From: Piromyces finnis finn
Lineage: Eukaryota; Fungi; Neocallimastigomycota
Reading direction: 5' to 3'
NCBI GenBank assembly: GCA_002104945.1
Contig: MCFH01000006.1
Location: 558,001 to 622,000 of the forward strand
Length of the DNA: 64,000 bases
The stretch's first letter is position 1. Each line of letters begins with the position of its first letter. Of this stretch, positions 14,401 to 28,800 are shown piece after piece. Made by a program: the position numbers and the translations under genes. The notes beneath the pieces are model-generated. The model saw nothing but the letters and a program-made list of their open reading frames with translations. It did no database searches and was not told the origin of the DNA.

Positions 14401-15224
14401 TTAATACATTATTTAAAATTATATAAATTAGAGTTTGTTAAAAAGTATATTTTTTAATTATTTGTTTAATCCTGATTTTTCAATATATTAGAAATAAATT
14501 AATGAATATATTTATATTATGTTTATATAATATTCTAATATTTTTTATTATTTGAGTTTTTATGAACAAAGGAAATCACGTTTTAATATATTAATATTAT
14601 ATCTTTTATTTATATATAAAATATATAAAATACATTTGTCAATATATTAATAATATATATTATCATATTGTGCGTGTAAACAATAACATATATGCTACAT
14701 ATATTATCAATATATTTTATTGTTTATTACATATATTATACATTTAAAATATATGAAGAATAAGAACACTTCTTTTTGTATTGAAATATTGATTCATTAG
14801 TGAGAATTCTTATATTTATTAAGGTTTGTATTTTAATATTGTTAGAAAAAAAATCATATAAATAATCAATTTTTTCTTTAAAATAAAAATTTTTTTTTTA
14901 TCTATTATTTAGTCCTCAAATAATAAAAAAAAAATAATAGTATTAAAATTTTTATTTTTTATTCTTTAATATTAAGCTTTAATATTATTGAAATAAGGCT
15001 TTAATAGTAAAACATAATTTAAAAAAAAAAAAAGAATAAAAAATAAAATAGGAAAAATAATAGTTTATATTAATTTATTAAAAAAAAATAAAATAGGATT
15101 AAGATTAATGAAGAAATAAATAAAAAGAAAAGAAATTGAGAAAAAAATAAAGCAAAACAAATATTAAAGCAAAATAAGAAAGGATATAAAAATTAAAATA
15201 ATAAAATAATATAAAATATTAAAA

Positions 15225-17010
15225 ATGGGTTTAGTCAAAAATGAAACAACTGTTAGTGAATACATTGCTATTGGTATTCACTGTTTATCAGTATTAAGTC
15301 TTTTATTGGTTATATATTTAACATATAATAGAAATAACTTAGTTACTATATTTTCAATAGCCAATATAGGGCAACATTTTTCAAAACTCTTCCGTTTAGT
15401 TTTATTTGGCTTTACAATGAATGAAGCTCCATTATGGAGTTGTTATGTTCATGCCATCACTAACTTTTTAACTGTTGGTATGGAATCATACATTGCCATG
15501 CTGTAAGTTTTATGTTTTGTTTATATTTGATTTATTAAAAAAAAAAAGTAAATAAATATTAATTGTTACTATATTATATATGTATTTAAATAGTTTTGCT
15601 CTTCGTTTATGGCTCATGATTACTACTAAAAATCAAATGAAGATGTGGCTTCTTGAACACAACAAATACACAACATATATTTGTGGATTAATAATTCCAA
15701 CTCTTTTATCTATCTTCTCTATTCTCCCACAATTGATTAAAGGAAAAAGTTTCGTTATTCCTTCAGGAGCTGAAAATTGTATTACAGGATATCGTCAAAA
15801 CGCATGGCAAATTCTTTTATCAGGTCCAGGTACAACTTTACCACCATTTTTCCTTTCAGTAGCATTCGGTGTTCATATTGCTATTGTTCTTTGTACAGTA
15901 TCAACCAAAAATATTATGAAAGATGTTAAAAAGTTCAGTACAATTTCATATTCAAGTTGGATAAGAATGCTTTGGTTTGGTATATTGTTCAGTTTAGTTG
16001 TCGTTATTAATATCATTGGTGATGTTAAGAATTCTAACAAAATGATTAAAGATGGAACTCCAGAACCAGGAATCAAAAACATTGGTATTCCATATTATCT
16101 TACAGCTGCTGTTGGTGTTGGTGTTTTACTTATTTTTGGTACTACTGTTGAAGCTAAAAAGAAGATATCATCTTTATTACACACTTCATTGATGGGTATT
16201 TCAACTACTCTTAAGTCATCAAAAATGAGTCAAAGTACAAGTCAAAATATGTCTATGTCAAAGAGTTACAATACAAGTAATATTACAATTGATTCTAATG
16301 CTACATTAATTCCAAAAAGTAATAGTAAGGATAGTATTCAAGTTCCAATCTTAAAGGCTTTAAATACATCAACAACTTCTATTCCAACTCCAACCCCAAC
16401 TCCACCACCACAAAACATTAAGAATACCGTAAAGGTTAAAAAGCCAGAAGGTGAATATGAAGCATCTCTTGAATTTAATAAGTTCATGAAGTCTCTTAAT
16501 GATGTTGTAAGGGATGATGATAATATCATAAACAATGTTGATAATGAAATTAATTATTATAACCAAAGTACACCAAATCACAGAATTTTAAGTAATGGAA
16601 ATATCACACCAAGAATGATGATTCCAATTCAAAAGTTCTCTCCAGAAAGAATTCATCAACAACACATTCAACAACAACAACAACAACAGCAACAACAACA
16701 AATTCAATATATGCACTTAAATCAACCACAATCACAACAATATCAAATAAATCATATTGCAACATATTCAGATAATGAATATGATTATGATTCTAATAAG
16801 GAAGATAATCAAAATCTTATTAGAAAATATCCAAATCCAAGTACATCTCATTTATTTAGCAGTAATAATAATAATAACAATACAACAAGAGATGTTTACA
16901 TTGATATAAATAACAATAACAATAATTATATTCAAACTGGTACCTATACCGAAGAAATTGTCTATCCAGCAAAGGTTTCTACTTCAATGAGAATTAAGCA
17001 AATGAAATAA
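15225..17010 (+). CDS. Seven-transmembrane GPCR-like receptor (cAMP-receptor-like/Git3-like architecture), 564 aa, 2 exons, long Q/N-rich C-tail
   Basis: Exons 15225-15502 and 15594-17010 (CT|gtaagt...aatag|T, in frame). Seven hydrophobic segments, a Cys at the top of TM3 (WSCYV) and in ECL2 (AENCITG), and TM7 ending LLIFGT. Confidence 0.8.
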
Positions 17011-18849
17011 AAATAAAACTCGCTATAAAAAAATTTTTAACCCTAAAAAATAACTTTTTTTATTAAAAAAGTAATATTAAAAAAAATATAAATTTTTTTT
17101 TTAATATAAAAAATTAATATAGAAATAAATACTATTGTAATTAATTTAGAAAATCCTATAGAATATTATTTATTACTTTTTAATATTAATAAAAGATGGT
17201 AAAATAGAATCCTTATTAAAATTTAAAAGTAATATAATAATCTAATTAGAAAAAATTTATACCATTTATTAATTCATTTATTATTAAACATAAAAAATAA
17301 AATATCAAACGTAATAACAATATAAATAAAAAATAAAAGTATTGTAATAGATATTTATTAAAAAAAATTATCATAAAATATATATATAAATAAAATATAA
17401 ATATATTATAACACGTAAGAATTTAAAAAAAAAATAGTGTTGTGTTTTTATTAAAAAAAAGGATCCATAATAAATTATAATTATTCATTCTTCCTATTGA
17501 ATTTCAATATTTTTAATTCTTGTTTCTTCAAAAGCTTATCTAAAGGATCGAAAAAAAACCCCAAATCAATCAAAATCTTATTTAAAATGTTTTTTTTTTC
17601 TTTGAAACCCCCCCCCCCCAAATCAAAAAGTGTAATTTGTATATAATATTTACAAGGTTCATCTTTAAATCATCATCATTGGTTTTCCATTAAATATTAT
17701 GTTTAATAAAGAAATTAGCTTAACATTAAATTTATTTTCTATATCATTTTTATATAGAAAATAAATATAAATTTAAATAAATATTTTTTTTTTTTTTTAC
17801 ATTTATTGTTAAAATAAGTCATTTTAATTTGTGCAACCTAACAATGAATTGTTTAAAAAAAAAAAAAATTAATTTTGATCAGCCATTAATAATAAAGTTT
17901 TGGTTGAACAAAAAAAACCGCCAAAATGCAGATCATATTTTAATAATAAAATACAAAATAAATTAAAATAGAATATTAATTTTTAAATTTAATAATATAT
18001 TATAATTTATTATAGATAAAGAGAATAATATATAACAATATATTGCTTTTTTTTTGTATAAAAAAGAAACAAAACAAAATATAAAACAAAAACATTTTAT
18101 TATTTAAAAGTTATTTCTATTTTAGAGAGCAATAGTAAATTTAAAATATAGCAGCTAAATAGATTTAAAAATAAATACTTTTTTTATTACTATTTTAAAA
18201 GAAAGTTATTCTATATATTTAAAATAAGATTTTAATTTTTTTATTATTATACCTTATTATATAATTCATACATAGTAAAACATAATAATAATGTTCTTGT
18301 AATTTTTTACATTTTTTTTACTTTACTTTTTTGTATATATTTTGTTCAATAATAATTTCTGTATATTAATTTAATATATTTTTTTTCAATGAATATATAA
18401 TTTAATTTATATATATTAATTTTTATTTTTTTTTCATAAATATTATATTAAATAAAGTTTTAGAATAGTTGTGTAATTATTAAGATAAATGTCTACACAA
18501 ATAACAAATTAATATTTTAATTTATTTATATTAATTTTTTTTGTTTTCATTCTTTTTTCTTTTTCTTAAAAGGTTAGAAGAAGAAAAAAACATTTTGAAA
18601 CTTTCTTTTTTTGGTTTGCTTAGTTTCATTAATTGGTTTAAAATATAAAATAATAAAATAAATATTTTAGGTATGAAATATTCAAATATTAAATATAAAT
18701 TTATTATAAAATTATTTATAATATACTGAAAACATAAAATTACAATATAATGTATTAACATTTTTTTTTTTAAGAATGAAAAATTATAAATATATTGCTA
18801 TTTATATCATCATTATAAATAATTATTGAAATTATTGAAATTATTGAAA

Positions 18850-19157
<308 letters not shown>

Positions 19158-22100
19158 AATATAAAGTAATTCAACATCTTCTTTCGTGCTTTCATTTATG
19201 ACGAGAATTTTCCATATTTTATTTAAACTAATAATGTTTTTAATCAATTCATCATTTGTTAATGGATAATTTTGTTTGGAAAAAGTGATAAGATATAAAA
19301 TAGTTTATATCTTCAAATCACTTATTTTGGAATATACATCATCTTCATTATGAAGAAGTTGTAATCTCATTGTTTTTAAAATGGATCTTATTCCTTTTAA
19401 AATATTAGGAATTAAATTATTATCTACAATTACTTCTTCTAATAATGGTAAGGTCCATAATGTTTTTGGTAAAGTTTGTAATGGATTATTATAAATATTT
19501 AATTCTCTTAAATTTTTTAATTTGGAAAGTAGTGGAGGAATTTCCGTTAATTGATTATTACTTAAATCAAGAACTCTCAAATATTTCACAGTTATAAAAT
19601 CTTTATTAATGATATCATATGGAAATTGCTTAATATTTTCATTATTTAATAATAACGATTCACGGCATATAAAATCTTTACAGTAATTGTGGATAGAATA
19701 CGGACGATTTAATTCAATTTTTTCTGAATTTATTAAATTTCCTATTTCTTTTGGTAATTCTGTTAATTCATTATTATATATATCTAATTCTTTTAAATTT
19801 ACTAAATTACCAATTTCTTTTGATAATTCTGTTATTAAATTACAAGATAGATACAGTTTTTGTAAATTTACTAAATTTCCTATTTCTTTTGGTAATTCTG
19901 TTAATTTATTTCCATTTAGATACAATTCTTGTAAATTTATTAAGTTTCCAATTTCTTTTGGTATTTCAATTATTCTATTATATCCTATATTTTAATTTGG
20001 AAATTAGTGGAGGAATTTCCGTTAATTGATTATTACTTAAATTAAAAACTTTCAAATACTCCACAACTTTAAAATCTTCATTAATGATATCATATGGAAA
20101 TTGCTTAATATTTTTATCATTTAATGATAACGATTTACAGCATCTAGAAAATCCATAGTATTGTTTAATAGAAAGTTCATTATCTAATTTAATTTCTTCT
20201 AAATTTATTAAATTTCCTATTTCTTTTGGTAATTCAGTTATTTTATTTGATTTTAAATTCAATTCTTGTAAACTTATTAAATTTCCTATATCCTTCGGTA
20301 ATTCAGTTATTCCAGAAGAATAAAGATTAAACCTTTTTAAATTTATTAAATTTCCTATTTCTTTTGGTAACTTATTTAATTGATTATACTCGAGGAATAA
20401 TTTTTTTAAATTTATTAAATTTCCTATTTCTTTTGGTAATTCAGTGATTAGGGTACACTTTAAATTCAATTTTTCTAAATTTACTAATTTTCCTATTTCT
20501 TTTGGTATTTTGATTAGTTTATTTTTTGAAAGACTTAATACTCGTAAATTTATTAGATTTCCTATTTCTTCTGGTATTTCGGTTAATTCATTTTGGGATA
20601 GATTCAATTCTTGTAAATTTATTAAGTTTCCTATTTCCTTTGGTAATTCGACTAATTTATTGTCATCAAGAAATAATTCTTGTAAATCTATTAAGTTTCC
20701 AATTTCTTTCGGAAATTCTGTCAATTTGTTATCCCATAAAAATAACTTTTGTAATTTTATTAAACTTCCTATTTCCTTTGGCAATTCAGTTAATTTATTG
20801 TTATTGAGATATAATACTTTTAAATGTATTAAATTTCCTATTTCTTTTGGTAATCCAGTTAGTTTATTATTATCGAGAAACAATTTTTGTAAGTTTATTA
20901 AATTTCCTATTTCTTTTGGTAATTCTGTTATAAAGTTATCCGCTAGTTTCAATTCTTGTAAATTTATTAAATTTCCTATTTCTTTTGGTAATTCAGTTAG
21001 TGAATTAAATTTTAGATATAATTTTTGTAAATTTATTAAATCTCCTGTTTCTTTGGGTAGTTCACTAAATAGATTATTACAGAGATTCAAATTCTGTAAA
21101 TTTTTTAAATTTCTTGTTTCTTTTGGTAATTCAGATAATTTATTTTTTGAAAGATTTAATTCTTGTAAATTTATTAATTTTCCTATTTCTTTTGGCATTT
21201 CAATTAAATTATTACACAAAAGATTCAACTTTTTTAAATACTTTAACTCTCCTATTTCACTTGTTACTTGTTTATTATATGAGATTCCTAATTCTTGTAA
21301 ATTTATTAGAGTTTCTATTCCTTCAGGTAGTTTATCAAGTTTGTCATTCCAAGAATAAATAAGATCTAATTTTTGTAAATTCATTGCATTGGAAATTAAT
21401 TGAGATAATTTTGAATTTTTATCTTCAATTTCACAAACTCTCAAATTCTTTAATTTTGGTGCTAATTCTTCAATATTTATTGTTTGAAGATCAGTTATAT
21501 TCAATTCTTTTTCCAGCAGAAGTTCTGGAGGTATTACATTTTGATTGTCATTATTTTTATCACACTGATGTATTGTGTAAAAATGTATATATTAAAAAAA
21601 AAATAAAAATAAACTATTATTAATAATAATTAAATATAATGAATTATTATTTTTTTTTCTTAAATTACCATTGTATTCTATATAAAAAAAAAAACAACAA
21701 AAAATGAATTTTTAAATATATATACTTTGTTAGCAATAAATATAATAAATATCTTTTTAAAAATTGGTTTAATATAAATATTTAGTAATTTTTTTTTTAA
21801 AAAAAAAAAAAGAGGAAAAAATAAAAGAGGAATTTAAACTTTTTTTTTTTAAACTTTAACCACAATTTTTTCAATTTTTTAATAGGACATTTAATTAGTA
21901 TTGTATACAACTTCTTTATAATAATAAATAAAAACTATTAAATGATACTTTATTAATAAAAGATTTAAAACCATCCTCTTTCTTTTTGAAATAACTCCAT
22001 TTCAATCGTTAAGTTAGTATTAATTATTAGTGTTTATTTATTTATTTATTAACTTGTTTTTTAATATTTATTATCATTTTGTATGGTAAAGTAGGTAATC

Positions 22101-22534
22101 GTTTATATGACTTTTGTGTCTATTAAACATTTTAATAGAATATTCAATTATTGAAATTTTTTAAAGCAATATTATATAAATATAAATTAAAAATTTAAAA
22201 AAAAAGTTTATAGGGTTGGAAGTATAGTAGTAATGAAATAGAATAATTTTATTATTATTCATTTTTATTTCATTATTATTTATAAAGAAATATAATAAAA
22301 CATTTCCCTACAATATTTATTTCTTATTTGAAAACACTGTATATGCTCATACCGACAAGATGAGAGTTACTTTCATAATAACAATTTAGAGATATTTCTC
22401 AATGTTTAACCGTTTTGAATATCATAACCCAACTCAAAGTTAAAACTAGTGAAAAAACTATATGCATCCTAATATTAATATTCTTTTTTTTTTTTTTTTT
22501 AATTAATTCATTCAACTTTTTTTTATATATTTTT

Positions 22535-22740
22535 TAATTTTCCTATTTCACTTCTTGTGATAATATTATTCACAAGGAAGTTTTAATTTTTGTAAATTTC
22601 TTAAATTTTCTAATTCTTTGGTAATTTATTTAATTTTTCTTTATTATAAAAAAAATCCAAATTTTATAATTCTTTATATTTGATGTTAAAATAGTTTTGA
22701 ATTTTTAAAACTCTTTACCGTTAGAGCCAATTCATTAACC
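22535..22740 (-). pseudogene. Degraded relic of a third LRR paralog (N-terminal part)
   Basis: Frame-shifted translation NELALTVKSF-KNSKLF*..SNIKN..LDFFYNKEKLNKLP-ELENLRNLQKLKLPC*..ITRSEIGKL aligns with the N-terminus of the neighbouring copy, EELAPKLKNL..KNSKLSQLISNAMNLQKLDLIYSWNDKLDKLPEGIETLINLQEL..VTSEIGEL. Confidence 0.75.
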
Positions 22741-23040
22741 TATAAGAAATTCTTTTATTCTTTTTTTTTTTTTTTTTTTTTTTAATATCATCATCATCAT
22801 TATTGTTTTAATGTATCATTATAAAAATATATATTATATATATTCGTTTAATTAATTAGATAATTATTTTAAATATTAAAAACTCGAAAAAACAATACTA
22901 TTGCTATCAATATAAATAAGTAATATTAAGTAATATTATATATTTTATGTCAATGTTAATTATCTTTATTTTTTTTTCTTTATTATTTATTTTAATAGAA
23001 AAAATGTTTATTTTAAAAAAATAGAGAAAAGGACTTATGA

Positions 23041-23180
<140 letters not shown>

Positions 23181-23364
23181 AATAATATTCAATATAATAT
23201 TCAAGTTATTATTATATAATATTGTAAAAAATAAAGAAAATGAATATATATATATATATATATATGTTTCAGTAACATTAAATAGAAACAAAAAAAAAAT
23301 ATTAATATTAATCTTAATACTATTTATTATTATGATAATTATTATAGTTTATTTTTTTTTTTTA

Positions 23365-25851
23365 CTAAAATAATATATTTATTTTTTTCATTTCTTTCTT
23401 CCTCTTTAGTAAAAGAATTTGCCATATTTTATTTGAATTAATAATATTTTCTATTAATTCATCATTAGTTAATGGATAGTTTTGTTTTGAGAGTGTGATA
23501 AAGTTTAGAATAGTATGTATTTCTAAATCAGTAGCTTCATTATTTAATGAGTCATGAGTATTGTTTTGATCGTGAACTGGCTTTAATCTTATCTCTTCAA
23601 AAAGTATTTTAATTTTTTTTAGAATACAGAGAACTAAATTATTATCAATAATTAATTCTTCTAGCTTTGGTAGGGTCCATAAAGTGTTTGGTAAAGTTTG
23701 CAATAAATTATTATGTATATCTAATTTTCTTAGACTTTTTAATTGAGAAATGAGGGAAGGAATTACTGTTAAATAATTGTTACTTAAATCAACCTCTTTC
23801 ACCATCTTTATAGTTATATTGTTAATGATATCATAAGGAAATGAATTCAAATTATTATTATTTAATAATAATTTGAAGTCATAATATTTATAACTATACT
23901 TTTTAATGGAAAACCGGTAATCAATACTAATGTATTTTAAACGAATCATATTTCCTATTTCTTCTGGCAATTCAGTTAACTTATTGTACTGAAGATAAAA
24001 CTTTTCTAAATTTATTAAATTTCCAATTTCTTTGGGAAGTTTGATTAATTGATTATTATAAATAGCCAATTCTTGTAATTCTTTAAAGTTTCCTATTTCT
24101 TTTGGTAATTTAGTCAATTTATTATTATTTAAATTCAAATATTGTAATTTTATTAAATTTCCTATTTCCTTTGGTAATTCAGTTAACCTATTGCTTCTTA
24201 GATCTAATTTTTGTAATTTTGTTAAATTTTCTATGTCTTTTGGTAACTTGGTTAATTCATTAGAATTGAGATCCAATTCTTGTAAATTGACTAAATGTCC
24301 AATTTCTTTTGGTAATTCAATTAACCTGTTATCCTTTATATTTAATTTCTGTAAATTTGTTAAAAATCCTATTTCTTTTGGTAATCTAGATAGGTCATTT
24401 CGCCAGAGATTTAATACCCGTAAATTTATTAATATTCCAATTTCTTTTGGTAATTCAGTGAATTGATTGTTATAGAGATACAATTCTTGCATATTTATCA
24501 AATTTATTATTTCTTTAGGCAGTTCAATTAATTTATTATGATTTAAACTCAAATTATTTAATTTTGTTAACGCTGCTATTTCTTTTGGAAATTCTTTCAA
24601 CGGAACATTACAGAGGTCTAACCTCTGTAAATTTGTTAAGTTTTCAATTTCTTTAGGCAATCTTTTTAATGGAACACTATTAATTTGTAAATTTTGTAAA
24701 TTTAATAAATTTCCTATTTCCTTTGGTAATTCAGTTAATTTATTGTCAGTGATATTCAATGTTTGCAAATTTAATAAATCTCCTATTTCCTTTGGTAATT
24801 CAGTTAATTTATTGTCAGTGATATTCAATGTTTGCAAATTTGTTAAATGTCCTATTTCTTTTGGTAATCCAGTTAATTTATTATTAGAAAGATACAATTC
24901 TTGTAAATTTATTAAATTTCCTATTTCTTTTGGTAATTCAATTATTTTATTAGAACTGATATTTAATTCTTGTAAAGCTAATAAATTTTTTATTTCATTA
25001 GGTAGTTCAGTTAATATGTTATTATTAAGACATAACTTTTTTAAATGTATGAAACTAATTATCTCTTCCGGGAATTCAGTTAATCTATTCGAACTGAGAT
25101 CAAGTTTTTGTAAATTTATTAATTTTTTTATTTCTTTACGTAGTTTTGTTAAACCATTATTAGACAGATACAATTCCTGAAGATTTGATAAATATTCTAT
25201 CCTTTTAGGCTGATCAGTAAATTTATTCTTATTTAAATTTAATTTTTTTAATTTTTTTAAATTTACTATCCCTTTCGGTAACTTATTTAAATAGTTATCA
25301 CAAATATTCAATTCTTGTAAATTTAATAAATTTCCTATTTCTTTCGGTAAGTTAATTAATTTATTGCTACATAAATTTAGTATTGTTAAATATTTGAATT
25401 TTTCTATCTCTTTTGGTAGAAAATTTAATTTTTTACAATGGAGATTCAATTCTTTTAAATTAATCAAGTTCTCTATTCCTTTAGGTAACTCAGTAAATTC
25501 AATGTATTCAAGACTCAGTTTTTGTAAACTTTTTGTGTTTGATATTAATTGTGATAATTCCAAATTTTCATTTTCAATTCCTTCAACTTTCAAACTCTTC
25601 AATGTTGGAGCTAATTTTTCCAAATCTATTTTTAAAAGATCTTTTGCTTTCAATTCTTTATCAATTAAAAAGTCTTTACATATTATGTTTTGATTATCAT
25701 CATCATTATTCTGATATATTATTAAAAAAAAAAAAAAAGAATAATAAATATAAATTTCAAATATATATTATATTTTAATAGAAGAGATAAATATATATAA
25801 AATATAAAATAAATAATTTAAAAAATATAGAAAAAAAAAAAGTATTACCAT
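23365..25851 (-). CDS. Intact LRR-only protein, 782 aa, more than 20 tandem 23-aa LRRs plus a C-terminal cap
   Basis: ATG-only exon 25851-25849 (ATG|gtaata), acceptor tatcag|AAT at 25710, open to the stop at 23365. Consensus LxELPKEIGNLxNLQxLxLxxN. No signal peptide or TM seen. Confidence 0.9.
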
Positions 25852-28800
25852 TTTATTTTAAAAATATAGTTTTATTTGAAATAAGTTTATCCTTTTTTTT
25901 TTTAAATGTAATTTCCATTTTTTTTTTTTTTTTTTTTTAAAAAATGTTTTTACCATATAACCATATAATTTATATAATTTATGATATTTTAAAAAATAAA
26001 ATATACTTTAAAATGGATATTAATTATTTAATAATAATTTTATTTAAACTTTAATTAGTAATTAAAAAAAAAAAATAACAATAGAAAAAAAAAGTCTAAA
26101 CGATGATTTATTTTAACAAATATTTTGCAATGTATATTGCTCCACTTTTAAATAGTGTCCAAGATAAAAATATTAATAATACTTTCAATAACAAGTAATT
26201 TAGTAATTCATACCTTAATTATTTAAAACTTAAAGATACAAGTTTTTTTTTTTTTTTTTTTTTACCTATCTATTTATTTATTTAATTCATTTAAAATATA
26301 CTATATAAAAATACATGAAATTATATCATATACATGTACATGCAAAGAAAATAAAAAACAATAAAATATATCATATACATATAAAGATGCATATATATAT
26401 TTATTTAAAAGTATCAATATTGATTAAAAGGTAAAAATAATAATTTATATATAATATAATATATAATGTCTTATTTTTTTATGCGCATAATTAAGGTTTA
26501 TACCATGTTTATACTATGTTTGAAAAAATTAAATATATACCATAAACAATCGATAGTAACATTTATGATGATTGCTTTTTAATATATATTTCAAAAATAG
26601 TAATAGTTTTAAGTAATAATAGTAATAGGATAGCTATTATTTATAATAATAAAAGCTTTCTTTCAATCGATAGTAATTAACTAATAATAAAACGAAATAA
26701 ATGATAATACTTTTTAAAATAATAGTATTGATAATTATACACAATTATTACTTATGTTAGTAATAATCAGTATTGAAATATCTTAATTTCTAAACATTCT
26801 TTTGATGTTTATATTTATGATAGTACCATATTATAAAATGTCAATACATTCTATTTCAATAGAAAACAAATAAAAAATTATTCATTTAATGAATAATGAT
26901 TTTAGAGATAGTATTTGAAATTCTACTATATAAAATAGTACGAAATGTAATGATAGTTATTTATGAGTAGGATAGTAATTATATAAAGAATAGTATGCCT
27001 ATATCTCTACAGAATAGTACCTAATTATTATGAGCAATAATATGATAGCACCAATATTAACAGGATAGTATTTATTTATTCCATTTTGAATACTACTAGT
27101 AATATTTTTAAAATTTATAAATACAATAATATGTTTTAATAAATTTTACTCTTATATACTACTATTACATTAAAAATAATTTTTTGAATTATTTTAATGA
27201 AATAAAAATTTGATGATAGTTTTTCTGAATTTTCATTTATTCTTTTCATAATCTAAAGATTTTGGAAGTTATTCAATCAATTTCATAATGAATAAGTATC
27301 CTAGATAAAATCCGAAAATATGAAACTAATTTTTTTAAAAAAAAGGACCGATAGAAACTGTCGATTTTTTTTACATGATTATTTAAGCTTATTTATTTCA
27401 AATATTAAGCCCTTTTAAAACTTAATTTAATGAGAACTTTTCCTAATATCTTTTATTACGATAGTTATTTCAGTAATCCTTTATTTAAATGACGTTTCTT
27501 TCTCTTTACGATAGTAACTAACCCTTTTTCATTTTAATGGATTTCTCCTTTTGAAAAACCACTATTCTTTAAGCCTTTCTAGGAACGTCATCTTTAAAAA
27601 TTATTAGATAGAAACTTTTTTAATCATTTTTTTATTATTTATATATTTCCAGAATGATATTAGTGTATAAATGGTCCCCGAATAAAATAAATATCTTAAA
27701 AAATAGTATAAATAAATAATTATTAAAATTGAATCCTTTTTTATAATCTTATTTTATAATAGAGAAATAATTACCTTAAATAGAATAGTATTAACTTTTT
27801 CCACAATATTTATGATAGTGACAATTTACTATATCATTTATATTAATACCGTTTTATATATAAAACCTTTAACGTAGTGTTATGTAGTTTAATTATTTTT
27901 CTTTTTATTTGACCTTTCAAATTAAAAAGAACTAAAAACCACAATGATTAACTTACTCCAAGTTTTGTTATCCCAAAGTGATAAGTGACTAGTAGTAATA
28001 ATTATACCAAATAGATAGTAATCCGAAAACTTTTTTAAAGTTTTTATATAAAACAAGTATTAAATGATAAGTAATAATTTTAAAAGATAAGTATTGAAGA
28101 TAGAATTTTAAAAAAAAAAAAAGAAAGGAAAAAAAAAGTCTTTTTATACATAAAAAAGGTCAGAAAAAAAGTTTAAAAAAATTTCAAACTTCTTTCATCA
28201 TTGATTAATAATATATTAACATTATATTAATAATATATTTATTAATTAAATTTTTGTATTTATATTCTATAATTGGTAATGGTTAAATTATCCATCCACA
28301 ATAATTTTTATTATCATTTAATATATAAAATATAATTGATTCATATATTATTATTACATTATATGTATTGATAATAAAAGTCATTCAATATAAATGTTTT
28401 AATGGATAAATAATATATATCATTTTAATTTATTTGATAAAAGGTAAAATAATAAAATATCAATACCATAGTAAATCAAATAATATATATATAATATATG
28501 TATAATATATATTACATTAGAATCAAAATGAATTAGAAACTTTTCTCAATTTAAAAAAATATTTAACTTTTTTTTTTTTAATAATTATAATATAGAATTT
28601 CAAATAAATTAAAAAAAGACAAAAAATGCCTTATTTAGTAATAATTCTAATTAAAAAAAGTTATATTTTTAATTTACTAGAGCTATATAAATAATAAAAC
28701 TAATATATGAATAGATATAATTAATAATATATTGATAATATATGATCATTTAATTTTTAGTTCTGGACTTTTTTCAAATTTGATCGGTCGGGCATTTAAA

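Noticed and set aside
17608-17619. C12 homopolymer (G12 on minus), unusual in this AT-rich window
   Set aside because: It is a single isolated run with no associated structure or gene context, so no function can be argued.
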